A DNA stretch of 63,645 bases, filler included, from Neolecta irregularis DAH-3 (taxonomy: Eukaryota), in the NCBI GenBank assembly GCA_001929475.1. It is 6 parts of 6 records of this genome, joined end to end, with 100 filler letters (N's around TTAATTAATTAA, not from the genome) between each part and the next. Parts side by side here need not be neighbours in the genome. Positions count along the whole stretch, not along the records: positions 19,191 to 33,818 come from LXFE01000642.1; positions 33,919 to 46,899 come from LXFE01000643.1; 4 more parts are not named here. One strand, 5' to 3'. The notes under the pieces are model-generated. The model had not been told where the DNA came from, ran no database searches, and saw only the letters and a list, made by a program, of their open reading frames with translations. Positions 25,201 through 37,584 of this stretch are shown in pieces (position 1 is the first letter of the stretch; each line of letters opens with the position of its first letter). The position numbers and the translations under genes are program-made.

Positions 25201-26511
25201 ACTGTGGCCGAGAAGGATATGCAAATGACACCTAAATCTTCAGTATCTCAAGAAAGCGAAGTGCTTACATCCCGAATCGAGATTTCGCCAAAGCATTGAA
25301 TAGGCCTGATCCCAACATCAGATGTCGATTTGTTTGTCTCCTTAAATCGGAGTAACTCAAGCAGAGCAGAGGCGGCTGACCTGCCTTTGTCGATTATGAC
25401 CATTTGAGGAGCAATTGACTGTAAACTTTGGGCCGCGGTCAAGCACGACCACATTGTGGTCATAACGTTTCCCGGGGTAGCAGAGCCCTTTCGAACGAGG
25501 TAAATTCCAAACCAGAACCCTTGGACGAACATCGAAAGTATGACAAATTTAATAGCACCCTGTTGATTTGAATTGAGGTAAGTCTGGCGAGTAAAAGATA
25601 TTTCTGCAAGACGAATCGCTGCCGCGAATTTCTTGAATTCAAATTTTTGAGCATTGAAAGCCTTCACAGTAGCGATAGCACTGATGGCTCCATCGAGTAT
25701 CGATGAAGCTTTCGACAAATGAACTCTTTCATCGCGGATTGGGGCTTGAATTCGCGTCGCAGCGGCTACCGCAATAACCACAACAACCGGCAAGGTTGAC
25801 AATATGACCAACGTTAAAGACCACGAATTATAAAAGCCTACTCCTACAGAAACAAGGCAGGAAGTTATACTTGTGACAACATATCCAGTTGGCTCTGAGA
25901 TAGACAACTGAACTTCATCGAGCTGTCTAGAATTGTTAAGACAGTATATTGAATGAATTTTGCCTTTGAGATATAGTGAGCAACCCCGCAGCGCCGTCTT
26001 GGTGAAGGTCGTACCAAGTATTATTTTTCTCAGATAAAGCAGTAAACAAGAGCTTGCGAGCTCTTACGACTTGTCGTGTACCAAACATCATCCACGAGAA
26101 AATGAACAAGAACCCAGATATCCAGCTCAAGATCCCAATGACAACAAGTCCAAGGACGAGATTGTTGATGGTTTGTGATAGCTCAGCTCTGGTGAGTAAA
26201 CTCGGTACAGAATATTTGGAGAAGGCCTCAAATATACGTCCTAGCACTATTGTCAAGGCCGGACTGGATAATCCCGAGAAGACAGAAGATGCAATGGCAA
26301 TTAGTAAGATAGGAATATCTGAACGAGTAATAAATGCGAATAAATGTGCGAATTTGGATGAGCGAGCCATGTGAATCTCATCGGAATTGGAAGCTTTATG
26401 TGATTTGATTTTGAGGGTTTCCAAAGATGAGTTGACAAGATCTTCTTGTGAAGGAGCAAAAGATAGATGTTCTTGAAAAGTCCGAGCAACATGGACAGGA
26501 CCGGCCTGCAT
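22294..26511 (-). CDS. STE6: Full-length ABCB transporter, Ste6/Mam1 (lipopeptide pheromone exporter) type
   Basis: TMD-NBD-TMD-NBD layout; GPSGSGKST, LSGGQRQR, LSGGQAQR, LDECTSALD; VKAFNAQ and FVILSMFVQGFWFG are typical of Ste6 orthologues. Confidence 0.8.
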
Positions 26512-26939
26512 AATGATCGTACTGAACGACAGATGATAAAGCGGTAAATTGAAACGAAAGTGACAACCATGTTATTCTTATTGTCATACTTGATCAATGC
26601 CCAGTTGTCGAGGAAAGCGGTAAGCATTGTTGGATCAACAATGGTGGGCGTTCCGTGAAACAGACTTGGTCGCTAATGTGAGACACACGGATAGGGGCGG
26701 TCTTCCATTCAGTTCAGAACTGTCGAAGGTATTATATCTGATAGAATGAGAAAAGACTTGTTGAACATTTGTTGGCCAAATCACTAATGGAATAGCGCCA
26801 AGTAGCTTTCTGCGAGATTTTTTAACTTGCAAGTCTAGTGTACGACATGGTATTGCTTGTCTCACTCACAGTAACGTAGGGCAAACTGTCATACCAAAGT
26901 GCTTCCGACCTTTAACAAATTAGTACTTCCCATATAATA

Positions 26940-27600
26940 ATGGCATCTCTCCTACGGTGGTACAATAGGAAATTAGCTGCACGCCCCCTGTTGACCCAAT
27001 GTTGCTCGACTGCGGTATACATCAGCGAAACAAGCCCTTTGTTTGACATGAGATCCTTTTCGGTACTGGAGATATCATTTGCCAGCAGGTGATCGAGAAA
27101 AGGAAGTCCCACAACCTCTTGAGAACTTTGAGGTTTGGAATTTTTGGATTTGTAGGAGCAGCACCCGTATTCCTCACATGGTATAATGAAATTTCTAGCT
27201 CTCGTCATAGAAATGAAAATTAATGATACAGGTACGGCGCGTTAAACAGGTTTGTGACATTTAAAAACCAAAACCTTGCACTCATCAGCCGAGTTGCTCT
27301 TGACCAGCTGGCATTCGCTCCGTTAAATATTGCTTGGTTCTTCTCTGCTGTAACCTTTCTCGAGGGGAAATCTCTCCCCGAAATAAATCGAAAACTCTCG
27401 GACACGTATTGGTCTACGTTAAAAGATAATTGGAAGATTTGGCCTATGATCCAGTTGATCAATTTCAAGGTTTTATAGCGCGAAATAGAACAACTCTGAC
27501 TATCTAGTTTGTGCCGTTACACCACCGTCTTATTTTTGTAAATATATGGGCGCTGGGGTGGAACTCATACCTCTCCTATGTCAATGCATCCAAAACGTAA
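26940..27600 (+). CDS. SYM1: Mpv17/PMP22-family protein Sym1
   Basis: MASLLRWYNRKLAARPLLTQ, GTGDIICQQ, RVALDQLAFAP, NWKIWPMIQLINF, WNSYLS. Confidence 0.9.
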
Positions 27601-28087
27601 AGGAATTGGAAAACTGCATTTATTTTCCAAAGAATACTGTAGTAACATGTTTTGTACAGAAAATCCCTTGATGATTTCTATAAACTGACTTGTCTTAGCT
27701 CTGACCTGTGCTGGACGGCTGCTGGACATTAATGTTCCATTTGTCTTTCAAGATTAGTTTTAAAGACTTTACCTGAGCCACTTCCAATAACTGGCTGGTA
27801 GCACTCCTACCATGGATAGATAATTATTGTCCTTAGGCCATAATCCGGGAATCCCTGAATCTGATTCTGGCAATGGCCATGACATTATAGATAGGCTTGG
27901 TTGCCACTGTTTCTTTCTATCAATATTTTGCACACATCACTCTCTCGCTTGGGCAAAAAGGTAACTAGGATACTAGTTTTCATATCAAGTGGGTATCAAT
28001 GGCCGTCCAGAGGTATTCGAGAAGCATTTGACGAGTTAATATGGTCACAATTATTGCAGCTGTTGAGCGTTTAAAACAAACCGCCTT

Positions 28088-28294
28088 TGTAAGGAGGATA
28101 CAGGGTATATTCTTACCGATAGGGCAAGTGGCTTAGTGATATTGACGGCATTAAATAAGAGGGTATATCAAGAAGGGAACCACATATACCTAACCTGGGT
28201 TAGGTTCATATAACATAGGTTAGGTATGTCCCTGGGGTTACGTTCATATAACATAGGTTAGACAATTAAACCTACTCATATTTGTATCCCAAGC
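28088..28294 (+). mobile_element. Degenerate copy of the TGTAAG solo-LTR-like family with an internal duplication
   Basis: Aligns by eye to the reverse complement of 56132-56294; the core gttcatataacataggttag is present twice. Confidence 0.7.
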
Positions 28295-28659
28295 AGCCTT
28301 GCTGTCATTTAAAGTCTGCAAATGTTGTACAAAGCTCGTTTTGCTTATTTTGGCAATAGATTACGCGATGCATCTTTTCTATCTGGATTTCTTTTAGTTT
28401 TATCTTAGTTTTATCTTTTTTAGCATCGTCGATCAATTTTGGGATTGTAAGTGTACACATACGGATGTTTCACCACTCTTTATCCTGCAATATGTATACT
28501 GGATAATTGCGATTTTACAGGGTATACAGAAATGTCCTCTGTATTTGCGTACTGTACAGAGGTAACAAATTGAGTTGTTTCTATTTTCATTTGTTTCCCA
28601 CTGTACGACACGTGGGTGAAGCATCGCGTTCCACATTCAACACCAATCATAATAATACG

Positions 28660-29491
28660 ATGTCAACGCAAGTCCCAGCAAGCGGCAAAGACGAGCCTGT
28701 TTCACAAAACCCCGTTACAGAGACAATTCCTCAGATGACCGAAGATGACCATGATTTACTCTCATCTCCCGTAGGTCCAACAACCGTATTTCACGACCCC
28801 GAGAATTTTAATTTGAAGCACCCGCTCATCAACAAATGGACCCTTTGGTACACTAAACCCCCGTCTCAAAAAGGCGGTGTCGGTGAAAACTGGGCTGAAT
28901 TGCTCAAAGAAGTTATCACATTCGACTCTGTGGAAGAGTTTTGGGGGTATTTCCAGGAAATAAAATCCCGTTAATATTTTTCTCCAGTGTCTACAATAAC
29001 ATTGCAAAGACCAGCGAACTAGCACATAAAAGCGACTACCATCTGTTTAAAGCTGGCGTGAGACCAGAATGGGAAGATCCTCAAAATAAAAATGGAGGTA
29101 AGTGGAGTTATCAGTTTAAAAGTCAACGGCTGCAAGTGGACGAATTATGGCTACATGCAGTATAAACCACGCATGAAGCCCTTGCTCACTCTAGATGCTT
29201 GGGGCTATTGGAGAAACACTCGAACGAGAGAATGACGATGAAGTTATGGGGGTTGTAGTGAACGTCCGTCGAGGCTTTTGTCGAATTGGCCTATGGACTC
29301 GAACTTGTGACCGAAAAGACGCTCTTCTTAAAATTGGGTTTGTCTTTTGCTTCATATTTACGTCTTGATAGGATAGGGAAAAATTTAGAGAGCTACTGAA
29401 ACTCCCCGAACAGGAAAAGTTGGAGTTTAGTGTTCACGCAAATGCTGCGCATAGTGGCAGTTCTAGAGCAAAAGCGAAATACACAGTCTAA
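28660..29491 (+). CDS. TIF45: Translation initiation factor eIF4E
   Basis: KHPLINKWTLWY, FDSVEEFWG, DYHLFKAGVRPEWEDPQNKNGGKW, GVVVNVRRGFCRIGLWT. Confidence 0.95.
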
Positions 29492-29811
29492 AAAAAGATG
29501 GGACGTCATTGCTGTATAGAATGCTAGATATTTGTGCAAAGAGATTTGCCTGTGATGATTTGTGCTAATTACATTCTTCATGCTCGCTATGGCTCCCTAT
29601 AAATACTGCTCGCTATCATGAGAATAAAACTGAAACGAACCCATATATTAAGCGCTTGTCTGCCTGCGAACACTCCTTTCTATACAAAGCTCCGAAATCC
29701 AACCCGAAAGAAATAAATAAAAAACGACAAACGAATAGATAATGCAGCAATTCTTCGCAAACAACCATATTTACATAAATACCAACCGGATGGCTGGAAA
29801 GTCAAATTTAA

Positions 29812-30886
29812 TTAATCCTCATAGACAGTATAGCACTCATCTGAAGGAGGTGTCGGAAGCCCTGTTCCTCTAACACGGTCGCAATTTCCAACCGAGGCCA
29901 GTGTCGGAGTACGAGGCGGGGTATCGAGACTGATTCGGGGAATGTACTTCTTTGGGGTTACAGGTTCGAGCAAAGACATGACCGAAGCGAACGATGGGTG
30001 TGAATATTTCTTTCGAAGTGTTGCAGATGCTTGAGGTAATAATTTAAGAAGGGCGCTGATTGTCGAGGCGATTTCGGGTAATTCGCAGGGTCGAATATGG
30101 CGAGTGATGTGACGAGATAGTTGCATAGCAGCACGAGCAATAGTACTAGGATGAAGAGAAACAAAATCGCGATGAAAGATTGATAGTTCGCAAAAGAACC
30201 GGGCAAGGCTGGAGGTTTTTTTATCATCACGATCAACGAATTCCGTCATGAGGAATGACTCTACTGTAGGGTGTCCGATTTTCCAGGATAGCGTGCTGAG
30301 AATATGACCTTCCATTTGGGTAAACATGTCTTCGTCGTATGCGTTGCAGCACATGGTCCGGAGTTCTCTAACAGTTGGGACTTTGTCCTTTGCGTCTTCG
30401 TACTTTGACGCAATCCAGAGGCAGCAGCAGCCAACGAGCTGGTAGTGTTTCTTAAAGACAATTCGTTTGGACACATAGCGGTCGATGAGGAGCACGGCAA
30501 GATGCAAGGTTTGCGGAGACATTTTGAATTGCGAGTGGACTTCGATAAGAAAGTCGACGAGATACGGCCGCATGAACCATTCAAGCTCTGGTTGCAGATC
30601 CATCATCTCAGCATTGGCGCCTGTGTCAGACTTCTAAGTCAGAACAAGCTGTGAGATGGTGTAGTACCTCGAGAGCGTGCATATAATCCAAGATATCTTC
30701 GCGGTACTCTGCCTCGTCCTTCGCATTCATGCGTTTGTCCATAGAGGCTGTGTGTAGTGGGGCGCGAAGCCGTTTTACTCCCTCAAAGAGGACTGTTGGA
30801 GGCGTGAACTTTGACAATGGGGATACTGGTTCCTGGTATCGTTTCTTAGAGATACCTCTAGAAAGGACTGGCGAAATTCGTTTCAT
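29812..30886 (-). CDS. G1/S cyclin (Puc1/Cln-like), one intron
   Basis: MDLQPELEWFMRPYLVDFLIEVH, HYQLVGCCCLWIASKYED, PEST-like tail LPTPP. Confidence 0.92.
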
Positions 30887-30910
30887 TAGAAGAGGCTAAA
30901 GGAATGGTAT

Positions 30911-31037
30911 TGATCGAGTTGGCCAAGGAAGGTGTAGCAATTGTAATCGAGTTGAGTTGACCAAGGAATGGGTAGCAGGTGTATTTGGCTTGACCAAAAG
31001 AACGGGGTAGCAGTAGTAATCGGCTTGACCAGAAGCT
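30911..31037 (-). repeat. Imperfect ~30-38-bp tandem repeats upstream of the cyclin ATG
   Basis: Four ttg(a/g)cca cores with recurring gtagca..gtaatcg. Confidence 0.7.
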
Positions 31038-32113
31038 TGGACGACAACCGGGCGGTGAATGAGCGACGCGGACCTTGATCAAGACTCGCCTTTCTTGGTG
31101 GAGGAAAGGCTGCTGCTAAATAGGCTGACAGGTGGAACGAAGGAGGTGAATCCTCGCGTAAATTGGCGGGCAGGCACGAGAAAGCTCTTGCAGGAGGCGG
31201 GTTGCAGTGGTTTTATGCCTCCAATTAATAACGAATTGTGCCGAGACCAGCTGTTTTCCCCTGCAAAACGCTCTTTTTGCCTCAATTGCAATGCACACTC
31301 GCAGCGCAGCGCAGCGTCTCAGACGGCAATAAAAAGCGTATTAAGGTCTGCGGTGATGACCGTGCGAGGAGGCGTAAATTTGGTGGTGGTGAGCCGCGAA
31401 TGCAGGGTCTGAATAGTCGGTCAATGGCGTTGTGGGTCTGCGGGATGCGATATGTCTATCACACGAGCACCCTTTTTTATAATCGCCTGCTAGTAGAAAG
31501 ACGTGACTGGACGTGATATATTCCAATCGTCCGCAAGTAGAGCTGCAATTATGGCGGCGGGTTGCAGTTTCGGATATGGATGTCTCACGCCGGGAGGCAA
31601 GACAGGCGACTAATCTTAAAGGTGGGTCAAGAGCAGGAGGAAAGCATTTTTGCAGCTTAAATATAGCTAGAACAGCCGAAAAAGGCCCGGGACGAACTTT
31701 CGCTACCAATAACTCTAGCCAGGATGAACACTCGAAATTCGCATGTCGTCCAACCACCGAGACTAGCCCGTGTTCGTTCAAACAGACGTGTGAAACGTGA
31801 TAACTTATGTATACACCTGCGGTGATATATCTGGGGAACCGTAGCGCGCCCCATCACTCACGCACAATGCAGATTTGATTGGCTTGATAAGGCGCAACAC
31901 TCGTGCTTGAGACAACATAACATGAAGACCGAGACAACTATATTATTTGCACGACGTGTTTGGGCTACGTAAAGCGAATATAACGCGTGCTTGAATGCTA
32001 ATCCGGTTTATATTCAAGCAATGTAATCAATTATTATTAAACTCAGAGACAGTTAATGAAACTCCACCCAGAGGCACCCATAGAGCACCCACCACACAAA
32101 CGACCAGCCCCAG

Positions 32114-33295
32114 TTAGTTATTCTTGGTGGGTGTATTATTGTTTGATTTATTCTTGTTGGGGAGACCAAATTTGATTGCAAGCGCGACGGCTCGGCCTTA
32201 GCAAAGAATGTAGAAAGGAAAATACCAATAATCACGAGAATAAGAATAAGAATACCAAAGCAGATCCATTTTTTGCGCCGAGCTGCTCTTGCGCTGTCGA
32301 CTGCCATTTCAGTTTGATCTCGAGCCTTTTCCACGTCCTGTTGCACGGCTACAGCGGAGTTTTCAATATGAATGATTGTAGCATCTTGTTCTTCGACGAG
32401 GATGCTCATTTCTTGAAACAGTTGGGCTAATTCTGTTATGGTCTTTTCAATCTTTTGAATGTCGCGATGACGGCTTTGAACTTCGCGCAAGACAGAGGTG
32501 GCTTCGCCACGGCGATTTGAAGTGAGAACCTGCAAGTGAGTGGTGTGAAAGAGTAGAACACACAGCTTGGGAAAAGATTTGGTTTCCTTGTTCGCTATCG
32601 AGAACTTGCTTCACTTCTTGCTCGGTCGCATTGGGGTTTACTTGGGGTCAGCAACGTAGACTAAAAGACGTACCAATTAGATATTGGCGCTGTATTCGCT
32701 GCTTGTATCTCTGGCGAAATTGCTTTTCGACGCCCTGGTATTTCTGGATAGCGTCCATGAATCGTTTCTTGACATTTGCGACCTGTGTTTTGCGGGTTTG
32801 GCTGTCTCCACCGGAGGGAAGACGCAAGTTTTTCGCCTCAAGGGATTTGATCGTGTTTTTCAGATTATTGGTCAATTGTGATGTTTCTGCAATCATAGAG
32901 TCGAGCTGTTTCTCGTTCCAAGCAACCTGTTCGTCTCCAATTTCATTGAGGGATCGCTGGTGGATCGCTTCGATCCGCTGTATGTTTTCGTCTATGCGGG
33001 CGATCGCGGAACGGATATCGTCAATCTGGGGAGATTGTCAACAAAATAGGACGGGAAAGGGGCGGTGCCTCCGCAAAGAATTCGTTTATAGTGCTTGTAG
33101 GCTGTTGTTGGGAAAGATTTGCCATTTCATATCCTTGGTCTGACGGAGCCAGGTATGTGATATTTCTGCAGGATTAGCTTTAATAACAAGACTTGGCTGC
33201 TTGCGATGACTGTGCGGATATGCCTGCTGGAGTTGGCTAGTGGTGAGCGGTGATCTGCAAAAATGCGAATTTACGCCGGGTCTACCTCCGGACAT
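32114..33295 (-). CDS. SSO1: Plasma-membrane syntaxin (Sso1/Psy1)
   Basis: Habc helices, SNARE motif EVQSRHRDIQKIEKTITELAQLFQEM, ARAARRKKWICF plus TM segment. Confidence 0.92.
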
Positions 33296-33941
33296 GGTAG
33301 TAAAACGTGGTGGTGAATGGATGAAGGAGTGTGGGATGTATGGACGACTAGGGAGTGGGCTAAGGTCAGGCGGTGCACAATAAATACACCTGATGATGTA
33401 TAAAAAGCGGCTAATTTACTACACATAACTGCCATGGTGGCGAGGATGCGTACTGCACCGAGAACCACGAATGCACCAGCCCCATCCCTGCCAAGAATTG
33501 TCCTGTTCAAGGATACTGATAAAGGGCTACTTCATGAAACAATCAAAAAAGTCACAGTTATTCACATTGCTCCATATCAGCCATGGCAATTGACATCATA
33601 TACAATGAACCTGCAGAGAAGAAAGTTGTAACCCCGCGATATACATATGCCTGTATGATGATATGCAAATGTAGACATATAATTGGACAATAATTTCGAA
33701 GAAAAGGTAAGACTGAATCAAACTATGTTCAGTATGGGATAAATTAGAGTGCACAAAGGCATAAGAGGTAGCTCAGTATTCAGCAAGTCGTTTTAACTTG
33801 ACAAATAATGACAAACATNNNNNNNNNNNNNNNNNNNNNNNNNNNNNNNNNNNNNNNNNNNNTTAATTAATTAANNNNNNNNNNNNNNNNNNNNNNNNNN
33901 NNNNNNNNNNNNNNNNNNCTCTATACCTATTTGGTATGGTA

Positions 33942-33984
33942 TTGCCGTATTGGTAAGGGTATACCCGAGGGGTATATCCTTACA
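33942..33984 (-). mobile_element. Terminus of the TGTAAG LTR-like family with a 14-bp hairpin
   Basis: ttgccgtattggtaag identical to 56257-56272; gtaagggtataccc-gag-gggtatatccttac is a near-palindrome; ends CTTACA. Confidence 0.65.
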
Positions 33985-34736
33985 ATTCTAACTGCCAGAG
34001 CTCCAGTTTCCCAGTATCTGGGTTATCAAAAACCTGAAGTGGTGTATTTTGTCTTGCTGGACCAGCCAGAGACTACATCATTTAGAAGAAGTGTTCTTTG
34101 TCTACCTGGGCTGGGTAGAGAGAAACTTCTTGACCGGATTCTTCGGTTTTTGCCACATTCATTGTCTCCCTTGCTACCCTGTCCTCCCTCCCATTTTTGT
34201 TTTCCACTTCAACTTCTCCTAGAATCACCAATTTCGCTCAAAAGTTATCACTCTTGGTGTCACTCTGATCGTCTCGTCCTGCTCATCATGCTCCTAGAAG
34301 ATCGCAATCAAATCTTTAATCTGGAACTGTTGCTGATAAGTTGAAGGAATCAGACATTTTTATTTTTGAATGCCCTCAGAATGTTCAGTTTTGGTTCGTT
34401 CAATGCCATATTTTAGTATTCCGTTCGTCTCGTCTCACGCTTTGTGTTCCTGAAATTTCAATTCAATAACTCGAAAATCGAATAAATATGATAAGCTACA
34501 AGAATGGTTACCTAGCCCGACCAAGCCCTTCTAAATAAACCCGTCGGAGCACGCCTTGAGTTTGTGGCACCGCTGACGAGATATTGACTGCCATACCATT
34601 TCAACACTAATTCCGTCAACCCACACACCTGTCCATTTTCCTCCTTGACCGGACCCAGGATGATGATGGCGGATATTTCCTTTTTTTTTCTCTTATATCT
34701 ATTTTATCTTTACTTCCGGGGAGGCTGGTAGCCTGC

Positions 34737-34930
34737 TGTCACCGTGCTGTGCAGCCATCGACCGGTCCCGGATTTTCTACTCTGTAATTACTGTTTTCGC
34801 GTTCTCTTATCTTGTCGACTGCTCTTTCCGTTTGATAGCAGCCTGCTGCTAGCGGCTATTAAAAGGGCTGGTCTTCTGTAATGTTAGCTAGCCAATTGTA
34901 TTAATCTATTTCCGTTTCTAAGTCTTGACA
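34737..34930 (+). mobile_element. Possible LTR (TGTCA...TGACA, 194 bp)
   Basis: 5-bp inverted termini, internal TATA-like tattaaaagg, weak purine run upstream; no second copy in the window. Confidence 0.3.
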
Positions 34931-35004
34931 GCCCAAGAGACTGAACGCCAATACGACCGCGCTCACCAATCAACAGTCTATAATCCTATAAACGCTTGCG
35001 ACAT

Positions 35005-35037
35005 CTAGGTACACTCCGCGTGCAACAAGTTGCACGC
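35005..35037 (-). mobile_element. Helitron-like 3' end (hairpin + CTAG)
   Basis: Perfect 9-bp stem gcgtgcaac-aa-gttgcacgc, 9-nt spacer, then CTAG on the minus strand. Confidence 0.45.
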
Positions 35038-35349
35038 CTCCTTCCGCTTCTGACTCTGTGACCTCCATTTGTGCTCTGTGTGCCCCAACTGGACAGGCGC
35101 CACCAGTTCATTCGTTCCGTGGGGTCAGTGTGTCCACCCGCCCGCCGGAGAAATCTGAACCTCCCGCCCGCTGGGGAGGCTCCGGCGGGCGGGTGGGCGG
35201 ATGGATTTTTATGCCGCAGGCCTTCACCAAGAGATCCAAACCACCCACCAGTGTTGGGGATGGGCTGGGCTTTTTCAGGTGATATTAGATAATACTATTT
35301 GGGCAGCCCTTCCCCTCCGCTAAAGCATCCCTATCCGCCTTCCTACCCC

Positions 35350-35645
35350 CCTTGCCTGCCTGCCCGCCTCACCAGCCAGTCTCGCTAGCCTCTCCCATTG
35401 CTCGTGCCTCCCGCCCGCTCGTGCCTCCTCTTCCGTCCTCTTGTCCCGTGCGTCTCTCTCGCCTCGCCCGTCCCGTCCCGCTCGTCCCTCCCGCCTCGCC
35501 CGTCCCGTCCCGCTCGTCCGTCCCGCCTCGCCCGTCCCGTGTGTCCCGCCTGCCTGTCCTGTCCGTCCGCTCTCCCGTCCCGCCCGCCTATCTCGCTCTC
35601 CGACCCGCCTCTCCCGTCTGTTCAGCCTTTCCCCGCCCTGACCGC
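35350..35645. repeat. Pyrimidine-skewed CpG-rich repeat (cgcccgtcc/ctcgcc)n
   Basis: Low-complexity array; related tracts at ~35930-36030 (reverse), 52187-52558, ~61575-61660 (reverse) and 62935-63580. Confidence 0.85.
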
Positions 35646-36311
35646 CACTCGGAAAATGGACAAAAGTCAGTCTTCAAGTCTTTAATAGCAAAGTTGTGAT
35701 TGGTACTTGTTTTTTATATGGTTTATTAATCAACAGGTGCAACGCCAGAATATTTAGCTGGGCACTTCATGATTCAGGCCGCATAGTCTTTTCTTCCGGT
35801 TATTGCATTAGCACCTCAGCCGAATGAACGTATTTTGATATGTCGGCGGCTCCTGGTGGGAAAACAACCATTATCGCCGCTCTCCTCAAAAATACCGGCT
35901 GTGTGTTTGCTAACGATTCCAGTAAAGAGTCGGGTGAGGTGGGCGAGGCTCCCGAGATGCGCGAGATTGGCGGGCGAGGCAGGAGAGGCGTGAGAAATGG
36001 GAGAGACAGGCAAGATGGGCTTGTCGCACAGATTCTCTTTGTAGAGTTTTGCAGGAGGTTCTGATAAATATCAGAAAACGATTCTTAGATGAGATGAAGC
36101 GAAAACGATTCTTTGATTCTACAGTGTCGGGTGGTGATGGATGCTGTGGTTGTTGCAGTGGGTCGGGTGGTAGTAGCTGCAAACTGTGGCAGACCCATGT
36201 TGCTTTCGGACAAGAAATAGGAAATAGCAATTATTACTAAAAAACAAAGAGACACAACAAAAAAACAAACATTGACAAAAGCTAAACCACAATTCGACTA
36301 AGTAAATATTA

Positions 36312-36776
36312 CTAGTCAGCATCATTGTGCTGTGGCGAAGGAGCACGAGTATTATCTCCAAAGTGGTGTGGTTGAAATTCGATCGGTGCAGCAGTGTGCT
36401 GTGGATGATGTGCGGTCGCTACAGCAGTGTGCTGTGGATGATGTGCGGTCGTTACAGCAGTGTGCTGTGGATGATGTGCGGTCGCTACAGCAGTTTCTTG
36501 CGGTTGATGTGCGATCGCCATAGCAGTTTCTTGCGGTTGGTAATGGTGGCCATGATCATACACTGGGTGCGCATGACCTCCATGTTGGAAGTTCTCTGGA
36601 GCATATTGTGGTGGATTGTGATAGTTGTAATGACCATATTCTTCCCCCCGTTTAGCGAGCTCTTCAATCTATTAATGTATGTCTAGCAGCTTTTACAAAC
36701 CCAAGTCTGCCGAAGCACCCAGTGGAGCAGCTAGAACTACTCCAACAGATAGCACAAGAATATTGACATAAAGCAT
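36312..36776 (-). CDS. Putative secreted His-rich repeat prepropeptide (two exons)
   Basis: TATATAAA ~40 nt upstream; MLYVNILVLSVGVVLA-APLGASADL, a 39-nt GT..AG intron, then ELAKR and a His/Gln/Pro-rich body with ~5 x 11-aa repeats. Confidence 0.7.
36391..36545 (-). repeat. 33-bp coding tandem repeat, ~5 copies (TAHHPQHTAVA)
   Basis: Unit gcagtgtgctgtggatgatgtgcggtcgctaca, three near-perfect and two diverged copies. Confidence 0.92.
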
Positions 36777-37584
36777 AGTGAAAGATCACAACTACAAGAG
36801 GAAATCTAGACGGTTTATATAGCCAAATGGCTGTCTTTCTATTCCGGCATTCAACTCGATGCGTTGTTACTGCATCCAGAAGAAGTGGCTTGCAGAAGTG
36901 ATATTATTTCATGACGTGTACGCAAGCAGCTCCTCCAGAAAGAATTATTGAAAACTGAGTCCGGAAGCGTCGTCGATATGAGCCACATTACCACATTCAA
37001 ACGAAGTCGCTGTCTGGCATAGCTGAATCCGGAAACGTCCTTACACTTGAACTTGCGGTCCCGGTGGGGTAGGAGAACTCAGTGTCGGGGGTCAATTCTC
37101 TCTCCTCCTCCAGCCCGCGCCCCCATCGAAGGCCTCACCTGTCCCGCACGTCCCTCCTGCCTCGTCCGCCAGCCTGCAGCTTGCCGCATCCCGTTTGCCT
37201 CGCCGTCTTCGCCTCCAAGGCCAGCTACAACCGCTCGCCCCGCCCTCAACATCGTCCAGGCCCACCCCACCCTGCGCTACAGCGACCGCCACGACCCGCT
37301 CCCCAGACCAGAGTCTGGCTTGTCCAGAAATATCGCGTCCTTCCCCAGGATCGCTGAAATAGCTGACGATCTCAATGTAAAAGAAATGCGGAGGCTTATC
37401 CGCTGATCGCCGCAGCCGTCCTCGCCGTCCTGCTGCTCGACGTCCTCGCACCGATTGTCATTTCGAATCTCTTGGTAGCTGAAATCCGACTGAAGCCCAT
37501 CTTGAATTTCCAGGTTAAACTCATTTCCATCCAATGAATCCCTGAACCAGTCGCTAAGCCAATTGATGCCGAAATCCCCGCTCT

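Noticed and set aside
28187-28262. TTAGG/CCTAA as interstitial telomere repeats
   Set aside because: Not a tandem telomeric array; part of the dispersed element also at 56132-56294.
33931-34410. Possible gag or transposase remnant
   Set aside because: No motif recognisable by eye in any frame I read; needs a translated HMM search. Same for 11330-12000, 27700-28080 and 62050-62800.
36391-36545. 33-bp repeats as a CRISPR array
   Set aside because: Head-to-tail with no spacers, in-frame coding, eukaryotic context; same for 8689-8783.
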